Assembly (NCBI GenBank): GCA_963810095.1
Contig: CAWEMM010000009.1
Location: 256,001-320,000 of the forward strand
Direction of reading: 5' to 3'
DNA from: an uncultured Chloroflexia bacterium
GTDB lineage: Bacteria; Chloroflexota; Anaerolineae; CG2-30-64-16
Length of the DNA: 64,000 bases
The notes beneath the pieces were generated by a model, which was not told the origin of the DNA, made no database searches, and saw only the letters and a program-made list of their open reading frames with translations. Each line of letters opens with the position of its first letter. The stretch's first letter is position 1. Positions 10,877-22,411 of this stretch are shown here, piece by piece. The translations under genes were made by a program, and so were the position numbers.

Positions 10877-12380
10877 TCACTTGCGATCGTCGAACACGTG
10901 CTCGGCAAGCCTTTCGCCGAGCACGTGCTCGATTTCGGCCGCCACATGCCCGGGCAGCGGGGCCGGCCGGCTGTCCTCCATCCGGGCAACGGTCCGTTCG
11001 CGCAGCCGCACATCCAGTGCCTTGCTTCCCTGTCGCACCCAGTCCGCCATCCGGTAGCGCCGGAACAAGCCCGGCTGCCACATCTCACGGAAGTGCCGCA
11101 GCGTGTGCTCTTCCGCGATGAATGAGCCGCCCGGCCCGACGGCATGAATCACGTCGAGTGCGATTTGCTCCGCATCGAGCGTGATCCCCCGGCCGAACTG
11201 GCGCGCCTGCGAGATCAGCTCGGCACAGAACACGATCATTTCCGGAGAGGTCATCAAGCCGGCTTCGAGGTAGCCGATGTCGTGCGCCAGGTGGGTGCCC
11301 GTCAGCTGTGCGACCAGGATCGAGAGCATCGCGTCGGCCGCGGCTTGCTCATCCAGCGCCAAGCTGTCAGACATCCCCGCGTTGCCCCAGATGGGCAGGC
11401 CGTAGAAACGCGCCATCTCTGCCGACGCCACCCTGGCCAGCTCGTATTCAGGCGAGCCATAGACGCTGATCGTCGATCGCATATCCATATGGTGCGCCTG
11501 GACGCCGTAGATGAACGGCGCGCCCGGCCGCGCAAGCTGCTGGATCACGAGGCTCGAAAGCACCTCCGCGTTGCCCAGCGCCAGGCCGCCGGCCAGCGTC
11601 ACGGGCGCGGTCCCGCCCATCATGGGAGCGGGAGAGTGGATCAGCGGCAGCCCGTGTTCGGCCATGAACAACAGCTTGCCGGTTGCAGTCTCCGAGTGCT
11701 TGAGCGGCGTCGTGGGCTCCGAGTAGAGCGCCAGCGTCGGGTTGAGGCCGAGTTCCGCCATCCCGCCCGCCGCGGCCGCAGCCATCCCTACGATCGCCTC
11801 GCAGTCGGCCACGTCGTCGCACACGAACACCACGGGCTTCTCCGTGTTGGCGAGCATCAGCGCGTACTGCAGCTGATAGGGGCTCGGGGTGTCAGTATCC
11901 GCCGGTATACCCATCGAGTTCAATGGGTATCCCGGCGCATCCGCCGGTATACCCATTGACATGCAGAAGTCGATCTCGGGGAGTGCGTCGACCAGGCGGA
12001 TGCACTCCCTGACGTCGGCCGTGCGGAAGGGACGCCGCGACCCGGTGCGCGGGTCGAGGTAGTTCGGACAGTCGGAACCGGGGCCGTAGTACACATTGTC
12101 GCCGCTGAGGTGCAGCCGGGGCGCGGCGTGAGCCGCGGGCGCACAGCGTTACCTCGGACGGCGCCTGCCCGAGCGCCCAGGCCACGAGTGCCGGGGGAAT
12201 GCGGACGAGGTTTTCGTCGGTCACGAGAGCGTCGCTGCGCCGGAGCAGCTCCAGCGCACCGGGGTGGTAGATCCGGACTCCTGTCCGCCGCAGGATTTCC
12301 AGCGAAGCGTTGTGAAGCGCCTCGCAGTCGCCGTGGCCGAGCATGCGCAGGCGCGGACCGGTAAAGATGGGAGTTGTCAT
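10877..12380 (-). CDS. Trimethylamine methyltransferase (MttB) superfamily protein #1, no pyrrolysine; frameshift ~12115
   Basis: N-terminal LHNASLEILRRTGV (ORF 11892-12380); GGTAPVTLAG, GNAEVL, GSPE, DEQAA, VGPGGSF, HTLRHFR (ORF 10877-12094). Confidence 0.9.
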
Positions 12381-12384
12381 AAAA

Positions 12385-13822
12385 TCACGCGTTCCATGTG
12401 CGGCGAATGGTCTCGATCTCGTTCAAGGTGGACGCGGGGAGTTCGGGCGAGCGGGACTTGTCGAGCAGCGCGACGGTCTTCTCACGCAGGCGCTGGCCCA
12501 GGTCCTTGCCGCCCTTCCTCAGCCAATCATCCCGGCGGAGGCGGCTGTACAGCGTGGGCTGCCAAAACTCCTTGAAGTGCTGCAGGGTGTGCTCGGTGGC
12601 CAGGTAGGAACCCCCGGGGCCAATCTGGTCGACCAGATCGAGGGCGAACGCTTCCGGGCTCAGGTCCATCCCCGCGGTGAAGTGGCGCAGCCGGCCGATG
12701 ACGTCCGCGGTGAAGACGATCATCTCGGGGGATACCGCGAGCCCGGCCTCGACGTACCCGACGTCATGGACGAGGTGCTGGCCGCTGAGCAGAGCAACCA
12801 TTACGGAGGACGTCGCATCGGACGCGGCCTGCTCGTCCATGACGCAGCTGTCCGTGTAGCCGGCATAGCCGAAGTGGGGCAGGTCATAGTAGCGGGCCAT
12901 CTCGGTCACCGCGGCCCGCGCCAGCTCGAACTCGGGCGCGCCGTACACGGCGATGGTCGTCCGCATGTCCATGTGGTGCAGCCCGCACCCATACACGAAC
13001 GGCGCGCCCCGCCGCACGAGTTGGTGGATGACCAGCCCGGAGAGCAGTTCCGCGTTGCCCAGGGCCAGCGCGGCGGCCAGCGACATGGGCGCCGCGCCGC
13101 CCATCATGGGCGAGGCCTGGTGGACGATGGGCAGCCCGACCTCGGCCATATACATGAGTTTCTCGGTCGAATCCTCGCCGTGCAGCAGGGGCGTGGTGGG
13201 CTGCCCGTAGCCCACCAGGTTCGGGTTCAGGCGCAGCTCGTCCATGCCCCCGGCCGCCGCGGCTGCCATGCCCACGATTGCCTCGCACTCCGCCCGGCTG
13301 CCCAGGGTGAACGCCAGCGGCTTCGTCGTGTTTTCCAGCATGAGCGCAAACTCGTCGCAGTACGGTGCGCGCGGGTTCAGGTCCGAGGGCATCCCCATGG
13401 ACATACAGAAGTCCATTTCGGGCAGCGCGTCCACCAGCCGCACGCACGCAATCACGTCGGCCTCCGTGAATGGCCGGCGCTCGCCGCTCCGTCGGATCCA
13501 GGTAGTTCGGGCACGCCGAACCGGTGCCGAAGCTGACCTCGCGCCCCTCCAGGCGAACTGCAACCTCCGTGCTGCCCCGCTTGCAGAGCGCGATCCGGGA
13601 CGGGGGGCCCGTGAGCGCCCACTCGATCAGCGCAGGGGGGAAGCGCACCAGGCTGCCATCCGTGATGATGGCGCCGGCGTCTTTGAGCAGCCCGAGGGCG
13701 CGCGGGTGGTCGACGCGCACGCCCGTGCGGCGCAGGATCTCGAGGGATGCGTGGTGCACCGCCTCGCACTGGTCCCGTGTGAAGAAGGCGAACTGCGGTG
13801 TGGCGTGGGAACTGTGCGACAT
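12385..13822 (-). CDS. MttB superfamily methyltransferase #2, no pyrrolysine; frameshift ~13495
   Basis: MSHSSH...VHHASLEILRRTGV in one frame, then GGAAPMSLAA, GNAELL, GAPE, DEQAA, IGPGGSYL in ORF 12385-13563. Confidence 0.9.
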
Positions 13823-13852
13823 GCTGGCCTCTTGTGTCTGAATTGGGGACTG

Positions 13853-13888
13853 GCGACACCGCGGTTCTGTCAGAAACCCGGCGTCTCG
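13853..13888. repeat. Degenerate family C palindrome
   Basis: GCGACACCGCGGTTCTGTCAGAAACCCGGCGTCTCG, intergenic hairpin resembling the AGAAACCnGGTTTCT dimers. Confidence 0.45.
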
Positions 13889-13899
13889 ATTCTCTTGGG

Positions 13900-15033
13900 T
13901 CAGGAATGATGATAGGCTTCGTCGGTCTCGTAGAGCTCGTGGGCCCGCGCGACGGCATCCCAGTTCAGCTCGAAGCCGAGTCCCGGGCGCAGCGCCGCCG
14001 CGGCTTCGAGCTTCCCCTGGATGGGCGTCAGGTCGGGCGAGGCGAGGATGTCTTCGGCGAGCAGTTGGTGCATGATCTGGTTGCCGTCCGCGAGGTTGGG
14101 CAGGGTCAGCGCAATCTGGTGCTGTGCCAGGTCGGTCATGCCCGTGACGGATTGGCCGTGCAGGCAAATGGCGATGCCGGCCGCTTCTGCGATTGCCGCG
14201 GCCTTCTTGAACGCAAGCAGCCCGCCGGTCTCGTGGAAAGACAGCACGACCAGGTCCGCGGCTTGCTGGCGGCAGACCTCGTAGACATCGTGCAGCGAGT
14301 AGACCGCCTGGTCGGCCGCGATCGGGATTGGCGAAGCATCGTGGACTTGCTTGAGCGCAGCCAGGCTTTGCGCGGGGGTGGGTTGCTCGACAAACTCGGG
14401 CTCGAACTGCGCCAGCCGGCGGATCATGTAGAGCGCAGTTCGCACGTCCCACGCCTCGTTGGCATCCAGCCGCAGCTTCCGGTCCCCGATGGCGCCGCGC
14501 ACCGCCCGCACGTTTGCGAGGTCCTTCTGTTCGCCCCGGCCTACTTTGATGTAGATGACCCCGTAGCCTTCCTCGGCCATGCGGTGCGCGTCCTCGGCCA
14601 GTTCGTCGGACGTGTCGCCCTGCGGAAACCCGAAGTAGTCCACGGCCGCATGGTACGCGCCGCCGAGCAGTTGGTGCAGCGGCGAGCCGGTCGCCTTGCC
14701 GATCACGTCCCACAGCGCCATCTCGACGCCCGCGAGGGTCAAGCCCGCAAAACGCGGGTTATGCGAGAAGCCGCCGAGGAAGCGGGCCTCATGCATCAAC
14801 CGCTCGACGTCGAACGGGCTGCGTCCCTCAAAGAGCGGCGCGACGCCTTGCAGCGCGGCGAGCGCGGTGTCGGCCGGCCGGCCCACGGTCGTCTCGCCGT
14901 ACCCGCTGATGCCCTCGTCCGTCTCCACCTCGATCAGCAGGTTGACCGCCCCCGTGTCCACCCGTCCGGCCCAGTGATACGGCTTCTTGAACCGGAGTGC
15001 CAGCGGTGTCGCGCGCAGCGCAATAATCTTCAT
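13900..15033 (-). CDS. Mandelate racemase/muconate lactonizing enzyme (enolase superfamily) protein
   Basis: Capping domain GYGE and ALWDVIGK...LLGG; metal ligands DANE, EQP, ADQ; C-terminal RPGLG. Confidence 0.92.
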   Translation of the reverse strand: MKIIALRATPLALRFKKPYHWAGRVDTGAVNLLIEVETDEGISGYGETTVGRPADTALAALQGVAPLFEGRSPFDVERLMHEARFLGGFSHNPRFAGLTLAGVEMALWDVIGKATGSPLHQLLGGAYHAAVDYFGFPQGDTSDELAEDAHRMAEEGYGVIYIKVGRGEQKDLANVRAVRGAIGDRKLRLDANEAWDVRTALYMIRRLAQFEPEFVEQPTPAQSLAALKQVHDASPIPIAADQAVYSLHDVYEVCRQQAADLVVLSFHETGGLLAFKKAAAIAEAAGIAICLHGQSVTGMTDLAQHQIALTLPNLADGNQIMHQLLAEDILASPDLTPIQGKLEAAAALRPGLGFELNWDAVARAHELYETDEAYHHS

Positions 15034-15055
15034 CGCGATGCCTTCCGGGTGTCCG

Positions 15056-16003
15056 CTACTTGTTGACCCGGATTCGGGGATTGAGTACGCCGTAGAGCAG
15101 GTCGGCCGCCAGGTTGGCCACGCAGAAGATGGCGACCACGACCATGCTGCAGGCCTGGATGAGGATCAGGTCGCGGCGTTGGATCGCGTAGACGAGCAGC
15201 CGGCCCAGGCCCGGATAGCCGAAAAGCTGCTCCGTGACGATCAGCCCACCGATCAGGAAGCCGATGCCCATGGCGACGATAGTGACCGTCGGCAAGAGCG
15301 AGTTGCGCAGCACGTGCTTCGTCAGCACCTGGTTCTGGGGCAGGCCCTTCAACTCAGCCGCCCGCACATAGTCCGTCTTCAGCACGTCGATGGTGCTGGC
15401 GCGCGTCATGCGCGACACGTAGCCCAGGCTGGTGAGGCTGACGGCAATCGCCGGCAGGATGAGGTAGGGCAGCGCGTCCTTGAACGAGGTGTCGGGCTGG
15501 ATCGACGAGTTTGCCGGCAGCCACTTCAGCCCGAGCGCGAACACCGCAATCAGGATGAGGCCGGTGACGAACTCGGGCAGCCCGACGAAGGCCATCGTCA
15601 CGGCCGAAATGCCCTGGTCGACGGCCTTCTCGCGTTTCAGCGCGGCGACCACGCCGAGCAGGATGCCAAGCGGGACATAGAACAGCAGGGCCACCGTCGC
15701 GAGCATGGCCGAGTTGCGCAGCCGGCTCATGATCATGGGCATCACCGCCTGCTTGCTCACCATCGACACGCCCCAGTCGCCCCGCACGAAGTGCGTCAGC
15801 CAGTCAAAGTATTGCATGTAGACGGGCCGGTTCAGCCCGAGCTCTTCGCGCAGGTTCGCGACCGCTTCCTTGGTGGCGAACTGGCCGAGCATGACCTGGG
15901 CCACGTCGCCGGGCAATAGCTGCGTCGCGGCGAAGATGACGATCGATGCCAACAGCATGGTGAGGACGATGAAGCTGATGCGCCGCAAAAGATAGGTCGT
16001 CAT
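15056..16003 (-). CDS. Peptide/nickel-type ABC permease (DppB/OppB-like)
   Basis: MTTYLLRR start overlapping the upstream stop; LPGD, LGLNRP, EAA-like DYVRAAELKGL, FGYPGLG. Confidence 0.92.
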   Translation of the reverse strand: MTTYLLRRISFIVLTMLLASIVIFAATQLLPGDVAQVMLGQFATKEAVANLREELGLNRPVYMQYFDWLTHFVRGDWGVSMVSKQAVMPMIMSRLRNSAMLATVALLFYVPLGILLGVVAALKREKAVDQGISAVTMAFVGLPEFVTGLILIAVFALGLKWLPANSSIQPDTSFKDALPYLILPAIAVSLTSLGYVSRMTRASTIDVLKTDYVRAAELKGLPQNQVLTKHVLRNSLLPTVTIVAMGIGFLIGGLIVTEQLFGYPGLGRLLVYAIQRRDLILIQACSMVVVAIFCVANLAADLLYGVLNPRIRVNK

Positions 16004-18145
16004 CGGGGCGCCCCTCCTTCGCTGCCTGCCTGCGGCGCCGTTTGCGACGCCGTTTGCAGAGCCGCCAACTGGGCCGCCGGGATGTGGCAGCAGATGTGGT
16101 GGTCGCCGCCCAGGTCCTGCCACGGTGGTTCCTGCGTTTCGCAGATCGCGCCGATCTTGCGCGGGCAACGGGTGTGGAACCGGCAGCCGGTCGGGATGTT
16201 GACCGCGCTGGGCACGGAGCCGTGCAGCCGAATCCGCTCCTGCTGTGCGTCCGGGTCGGGGATGGGGATGGCCGAGAGCAGGGCTTCGGTGTAGGGATGG
16301 AACGGCGGCGAGAACACGGCTTGCGGCGGCCCTGATTCCCACAGCCGCCCCAGATAGACGACGCCGATCCAATCCGAAAGGTGCAGGACGGCCGCCAGGT
16401 CGTGCGAGATGAACAGGTACGAGGTTCGTTGGGTAGCCTGCAACGCCCGCAGCAGGTTCATCAGCGATGCCTGCACCGACACGTCGAGCGAAGAGATCGG
16501 CTCGTCGAGGATCATCAGGCTGGGGTCGGCGGCAAAAGCCCGCGCAATCGCCACCCGCTGCTTTTCGCCGCCGCTCAGCTCGTGCGGCAGCCGGGTAATG
16601 TAGTCCTCCGGCAGGTTGACGGCCGCAAACAACGCCCGCACTCGGGCCGGGATTTCCTGCTTGGGGGTCTTGCCGAGCAGGATCAGGGGCCGGGCCACGC
16701 TGTCGCCGACGGTGTGTTGTGGGTTGAGCGAAGCATCCGGGTTCTGGAAGACCATCTGGAGCTTCTTCAGCTGGCTTGGCGTCCTGCGCCGGACGCTGTA
16801 CGGCACCTTCTCGCCGGCCAGCTCGATCTCCCCGGCGGTGGCTTCTTCGAGCCCTGCGACGCAGCGTGCAAACGTGGTCTTCCCGCAGCCGCTCTCGCCC
16901 ACGATACCGAGGGTGGCGCCGCCGCGCACCCGTAGGCTGATGTCGTCCACGGCCTTGACTGCCTTCCGCCGCCGGCGCAGGATGTCGAGGATGCTTGCGC
17001 CGCTCACCGGGAAGTACTTCTTCAGGTGTCGTGCTTCCAACACGACGGGCCCGGCCGCGCGTTCGGCGGCTTGCAGCGTTGTCGCACGTTCCTCGCGCTC
17101 CGCAGCTCTGGCGTACTGCTCCGGGTGATCGCGAAGCGCCTGCCAGCGGATGCACGCGGTGCGGTGGCCCGGCTCGGCCTCGACAAAGGGCGGCCGCGCC
17201 GCTCGGCATGCGTCCTCGGCCAGCGGGCAGCGCGGCGCAAAGATGCACCCGGGGGGCAGTTGGTCGGGCCGGGGAATGTGGCCCTGGATGGTGTTCAGCA
17301 CGATATCCCGGCCGGTCACGTCGACCCGCGGGACGCAGCCGAGCAGGCCCAGCGTGTACGGGTGGAGCATCTGCTTGAAGACCGGGCGGATGAAGCCCTC
17401 TTCCATCAACTCGCCCGCATACATCACGCCGACCCGGTTGCAGATCCGTGCGACCACACCCAAATTGTGCGTGATGTAGAGGACCGCGGTGTGGTACTCG
17501 GTGAGCAGGTCACGCACCAGGTCGAGGATGACTGCCTCGGTGGTCACGTCGAGCGCGGTGGTTGGCTCGTCCATGATGAGCAGGCGCGGGTTGGTGGTCA
17601 GCGCGATGGCGATGAGCACGCGCTGCAGCATACCGCCCGAAAGCTGGTGCGCGTACCGTCGCGCCACCGCCTCGGGATCGGCCATGCGCACCTTGCCCAG
17701 CATCTCGATCGCCTTGGCCTGCGCGTCCTGCTTCGTCATACCCAGGTGCAGCCGCGCCACCTCCGCGATCTGTTCGCCGATGACGACGGAGGGATTGACC
17801 GCCGTGTTGGGGTCCTGGTGCACCATGGTGATCTTGGCGCCCCACACCTTGCGCAGCTCGGCCCGCGACAGCCCGAGCAAGTTCGGTCCCGTCGAGCGCG
17901 ACGAGGTCGCCCTTGGCGTGCCCGTTCGCCGGCAGGTACTGGACGATGCCGCGGGCCAGCGTCGTCTTGCCCGACCCCGACTCGCCGACCAGCCCGTAGA
18001 TCTCCCCCGCGGCGACCTGCATACTGACGTTCCGGACCGTGTGCAGCGGGCCTTTCTCAGTGTCGTAGGTGATCGTCAGGTTCTGCACGTCGAGCACGGG
18101 CCGGTTTGCAGCACCGATCTGCGTGTGCACTCGTTCACCCTCCAT
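16000..18145 (-). CDS. Fused double ABC ATPase (DppD-DppF-like), frameshift ~17880
   Basis: Two Walker A motifs (GESGSGKT, GESGCGKT), two LSGG signatures and two oligopeptide C-terminal Cys motifs (GCIFAPRC, GCRFHTRC). Confidence 0.9.
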
Positions 18146-18154
18146 CCGACCCCC

Positions 18155-19075
18155 TTACCCCGTCACCCCGCCGGGCAGCAGCATGCGCCGCAGCCCGTCG
18201 CTCAGGAACCCGATGCCCACGACGAGCAGTGCGATCGCTGCCGCCGGGAAGAGCAGGACCCATGGCGCCTGGATGAAGTAGTTGCGCGCCTCGCCGACCA
18301 TCAACCCCCAGTCGGGCGAGGGCGGCTGGACGCCCAGGCCCAGGAACCCGAGCGATGCGACCAGGAAGATCGCGTAGGCAAAGCGCATCGAGGCCTCGAC
18401 GGCGAGCGGGGGCATCACGCTGGGCAGCACTTCCTTGAACATGATATAGGCCGACGTTTCGCCCCGCATCTTTGCCGCTTCGACGAACTGCCGTGTCTTC
18501 AGGTCGAGAACCACGCTGCGGACGACGCGGGCGACCATCGGAATGTACAGCACGCCGACCACGATAATGACGTTGACGCGGGAAGGTCCGAGCGTCCCCA
18601 GAATGAGGAGCGCGAGCAGCAGCGGCGGAATTGCCAGCAGCACGTCGACCAGGCGCATGGTGATCTCTTCCAGGAACGAGCCGAAATAGCCCGCAAAGAG
18701 GCCAAGCGTGAGGCCGAGAATGACGGCGATGACGGTTCCTGTGCCGGCAACGACAAAAACGTCCCGGGCGCCGCTCGAGCACGCGGCGAGTAAACATCGC
18801 GGCCGAACTGGTCGGTGCCGAATACGTGCTCGCTGGACGGCGGCTTTAGGCGCTCGGTCAGTTTTTGCTGTGTATAAGGATAGGGCGCGATCGGCGGGGC
18901 CGAACACGGCCAGGAAAAGGAAAAAGCCGACGATCGCGATCCCGATGAGCGTGGCCGGGTAGCGCCGCAGCCGGCGCCAGGTCAGCGCCAGGCGCGACGG
19001 CCGGCGCACGGGTACGTCCAGTTGAGCTTCCATTTGGAGGAGACCTCCGGTTTCTGAGAGGGGCAGCCGGGCCAT
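18155..19075 (-). CDS. Peptide-type ABC permease (DppC/OppC-like), probable compensating frameshifts ~18780-18890
   Basis: FVEAAKMRG, LGFLGLGVQPPSPDWG; the conserved FGTDQFGRD segment reads in another frame. Confidence 0.88.
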   Translation of the reverse strand: MARLPLSETGGLLQMEAQLDVPVRRPSRLALTWRRLRRYPATLIGIAIVGFFLFLAVFGPADRALSLYTAKTDRAPKAAVQRARIRHRPVRPRCLLAACSSGARDVFVVAGTGTVIAVILGLTLGLFAGYFGSFLEEITMRLVDVLLAIPPLLLALLILGTLGPSRVNVIIVVGVLYIPMVARVVRSVVLDLKTRQFVEAAKMRGETSAYIMFKEVLPSVMPPLAVEASMRFAYAIFLVASLGFLGLGVQPPSPDWGLMVGEARNYFIQAPWVLLFPAAAIALLVVGIGFLSDGLRRMLLPGGVTG

Positions 19076-19105
19076 AAGCTCCCGGCCGCCCCTCGAACGG
19101 AGAGG

Positions 19106-20810
19106 TTACTTCTCGAAGTACACGGTCCGCAGGTCAAGTGCGGTGCCCAGGTAGCTCGTTGGCTTGAGCCCCTTCAGTTTGACGTTTGCGCCCCACAGGT
19201 TGCTGGCGAAGAACGGGACGATGATCGGGCCGCGGTCGATGAAGATCTGCTGGATCTGCTTGTACAGCTCCGCGCGCTTCGTCCGGTCCAGCTCGCACGG
19301 CGGCCTTGGCCGACAGGTCGTCCAGTTCCTTGTCGCACCAGTGGCTCTCGTTCCACTTGGCGGTGCAGACGTAGGCGAGGTCCAGGTAGGGCTGCGGGTA
19401 GGCGCGCGAGCCCCAGTCGGTGATCGCCAGGTCCGCTTCCAGCCAGAGGTTGTCGGCGCCGTAGTACACGTCGGACGGCACCAACTGGATCTCGGCGTTG
19501 ATGCCCGCCTCGGCCCACTGTTCCTTCAGGATCGTCGCGATGGCCGGGACCGGCGAGATCTGCTGCGCGGTCAGGGTGATCTTCAGCCCGTCACCGTAAC
19601 CGGCTTCGGTCAGCAACTGCTTGGCCTTCGCCACATCGCGGGTCGGGTCTGGGCGCGTCAAGGTAGAAGTCGCCGTAGCCGGGGCCGAACGGCGTGTTGT
19701 GGCCGACGACGCCCAGGCCTTCGAACGCTGCCGCCAGGATGGCTGCGTTGTCCGTTGCGGCCTTGAACGCCTGGCGCACCTTCACGTCGTCGAACGGCTT
19801 CTTGTCGCTGCGCATGCGCAGGACGAAGGCGTGTTGGACGGCTTTTCGAGCACCTGGATGTTCTGGTCCTCCTTAAGCGTCTTCACGAACTCGGTCGGCA
19901 GGTAGAGCAGGTAGTCCACCTGCCCGCCGCGCAGCGCTTCGACCTGGGCCGACGGCTCGGCCATGAAGATGAACTCCATCCCGTCGAGGTAGGGCAGCTG
20001 GTTGCCTTCCGCATCCTTCATCCAGTAGTTCGGGTTCTTCTTGAAGGTCAGCCGGTCTTCGGGCAGGTACTTGTCGATCATGAAGGGCCCCGTGCCGATG
20101 AACTCGGTCTTCGGGTCCTTGATGCCGCTCCAGACGATCAGCGCATGGTAGTCGCCCAGGTCGAGCAGGAAGTCGGGGTTCGTCTTCTTGAGCTTGAACA
20201 CGACCGTGTTGTCGTCGGGCGTGGAGATGTCTGCGATGTTCGAGTACAGGGCCACCGTCGCCGCGCCCACCTTCTCGTCGCGCAGCCGGTCGAACGTGGT
20301 CTTCACGTCCTTTGAAGTGAGCGTCTCCCCGTTGTGGAACTTGACGCCCTGGCGCAGCGTGAAGGTCCAGGTCAGGCCGTCGTCGCTCGTCGTCCACTTT
20401 TCGGCCAGGCTGCGGCTTGCATCCGGCGCGTTCTCCTCGCCCGTGTAGACCAGGAAGTCGCCCCACTGCCGGCCGATTTCGTCGTCTGAAACGGAGCTCA
20501 GGAACGCGGGGTCCAGGTTGGTCGGTGCAAAGTACGCGTGCTTCAGCGTGCCGCCATACTTCCCGCCGGTTGCCGCGGGAGCTGCCGTCGGTTCAGGGGC
20601 CTTGGTCGGTTCGGCGGCCGGTGCGGCTGTCGGCTCGGGCGCTTTAGTCGGCTCCACCGCCGGCGCCTGGGTTGGTTGGGCCGGCGCAGTGGTTGGCTGC
20701 GCAGGGGCTGCCGTCGGCTGGGGCGCAGCCGGCGCGCTGCACGCGGCGAGCAGCACGCTCAGGATGACGATGACGGCAAGCACTATGCCGCCACTCCGTG
20801 ACGCCTTCAT
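19106..20810 (-). CDS. Family 5 ABC substrate-binding lipoprotein, at least three frameshifts
   Basis: Lipobox LAAC, PTAAP-repeat linker, LAEKW...WTFTLRQGVKFHNG, GTGPF, PFDDVKVRQA, AKQLLTEAGY, WNESHWC; stop after TVYFEK at 19106. Confidence 0.88.
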
Positions 20811-20895
20811 GGCCTTCCTCCTGTTTGATGATGCGGGCTAACACATTTCGTAAGGTTAACGGACGGAACAGCGATCAGAACGCACCTCCTTTACC

Positions 20896-22296
20896 TCAGA
20901 CCGGCGGTTTCTGCCTGTGCTCACCATTCGTGAGCAGTTCGATGAGATCCGCTGCGCCGGTCAGTTCGTCAAAGTGCCATACCAGGCCGGACAAAGCATC
21001 GACCCGCGCTTCATCCAGCACAAACTGCGCCATCCAGCGCAGCTTCTCGTCCATCCGGCTCGCGTCCCAGCCGGGTTGAGGGAAACGCAAGCCGCCATCG
21101 ACCAACCCCGACGAATAGCTCCGGCCGTCCTTGAGGGTGATCGTCACGATGCTGGCAAAGCGCCCTTTCGGGTCGCCCCGCGCGTAAAGTTCGGCCAGCC
21201 GCTGCATTTCCGGCGATTCGACAGTGGTGACCTTCGCCGCGACCCGGCGAATGGCCGGGTCGGCCAGCCGCGCTTCCAGGATTTGCGCGGGGCCGATTTC
21301 ACCGTCGACCAGCATCGCGGCCAGCGGCCAGGACTGGCTGAATTGCGCTTCCTCTGTCGTCGACGGCAGCCCCTTGAACAACGCGTCGGCGCCCTGGCAC
21401 CCTTCCACCAGGATGGTCTGGATTTGGTCGAGGTCGATGTGGTTTTCCTCGACCAGTCGCCGCGCGCCCTCCACGCCGGCGTGCGCCCAACCGCAGCACG
21501 CATAGCGCGCCGCCTTCCAGGCCACGCCCTCGAGGATCAGGTAGTCCTGCCCGATGTCGCAGGCCCAGTCCTGGTACTCGGGCAGCGCTAACAGCGTCGG
21601 CACGCCGGTATAGCCGCGGGCCGCGAGCCCCGCCGACATTACCCCGGTCATGGCCGCCCACCCGATGCCATGCTTGACCATGGCTGGCTGCGCCACGTCG
21701 CGCATCATCGGGAGGTTTGGCGCATGGTACTCTGCGATGCCCAGCGCATGGCCAGCCTGTTCGGGCGACAGGCGCAGGAGGTTCGCGGCGACGGCTGCGC
21801 ACGCCACGCTGCCCCACGACCCGCAGGCCTGGTACACCTCCCGGCTCGCGTGCCAGCAGCGGCCGATCCGGTGCGCTACCTCATATCCTACCACGATTGC
21901 GGCCAGAATATCCGCGCCGGTGCGGCCCAATCCTTCGCCCACGGCCAGCGCCGTCGGGAAGATCGACGCGCCCCCATGCCCGTTCGCATAGCGCGTGCTG
22001 TCGTCCAGGTCGAGCGCGTTGCTGGCGTTGCCGTTCGCAAACGCGGCGCCGGCCAGGCTGGCCCGCACCCCGTGGAGCCCGCGCTCGGGGCTGTGGGCCA
22101 GGATCGTGGCCTCGTTCCCCCGCCACGACTCGGCGGCATAGCCTGCCGAAATGCTGCTGATGCGCGTCAGCGTGCCGGAAATGGTCGCTCCCAGCCCGTC
22201 GGCGAAGCACATGCGCGCCTTGGCCTGCACCGGCTGAGGTAGCGCTTCCCAACGGGTCTGGGCGACGAAGCGAGCCGTGAGTTCATGTCCGTTCAT
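20896..22296 (-). CDS. MmgE/PrpD family protein
   Basis: AAFANG...ALDLDD, GYEVAHRIG, KHGIG...G..SAGLAARG, YACCGWAH, EAQFS; alternative start 22338. Confidence 0.88.
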   Translation of the reverse strand: MNGHELTARFVAQTRWEALPQPVQAKARMCFADGLGATISGTLTRISSISAGYAAESWRGNEATILAHSPERGLHGVRASLAGAAFANGNASNALDLDDSTRYANGHGGASIFPTALAVGEGLGRTGADILAAIVVGYEVAHRIGRCWHASREVYQACGSWGSVACAAVAANLLRLSPEQAGHALGIAEYHAPNLPMMRDVAQPAMVKHGIGWAAMTGVMSAGLAARGYTGVPTLLALPEYQDWACDIGQDYLILEGVAWKAARYACCGWAHAGVEGARRLVEENHIDLDQIQTILVEGCQGADALFKGLPSTTEEAQFSQSWPLAAMLVDGEIGPAQILEARLADPAIRRVAAKVTTVESPEMQRLAELYARGDPKGRFASIVTITLKDGRSYSSGLVDGGLRFPQPGWDASRMDEKLRWMAQFVLDEARVDALSGLVWHFDELTGAADLIELLTNGEHRQKPPV

Positions 22297-22411
22297 GGGC
22301 CTGACGCTTCCTTCTGACACGAGGCCGTACTGTACCATCTTTTCCGGTTTGCGAAAACCCCTGTTGGAAAGCAATTATGCCGGGCGCTGTGCGCTGGCCG
22401 GGCTTTCGAGC

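Noticed and set aside
20560-20730. Pro/Thr/Ala repeats (PTAAP, EPTKAP) in the SBP N-terminus
   Set aside because: Ordinary flexible lipoprotein linker, not a DNA repeat element.
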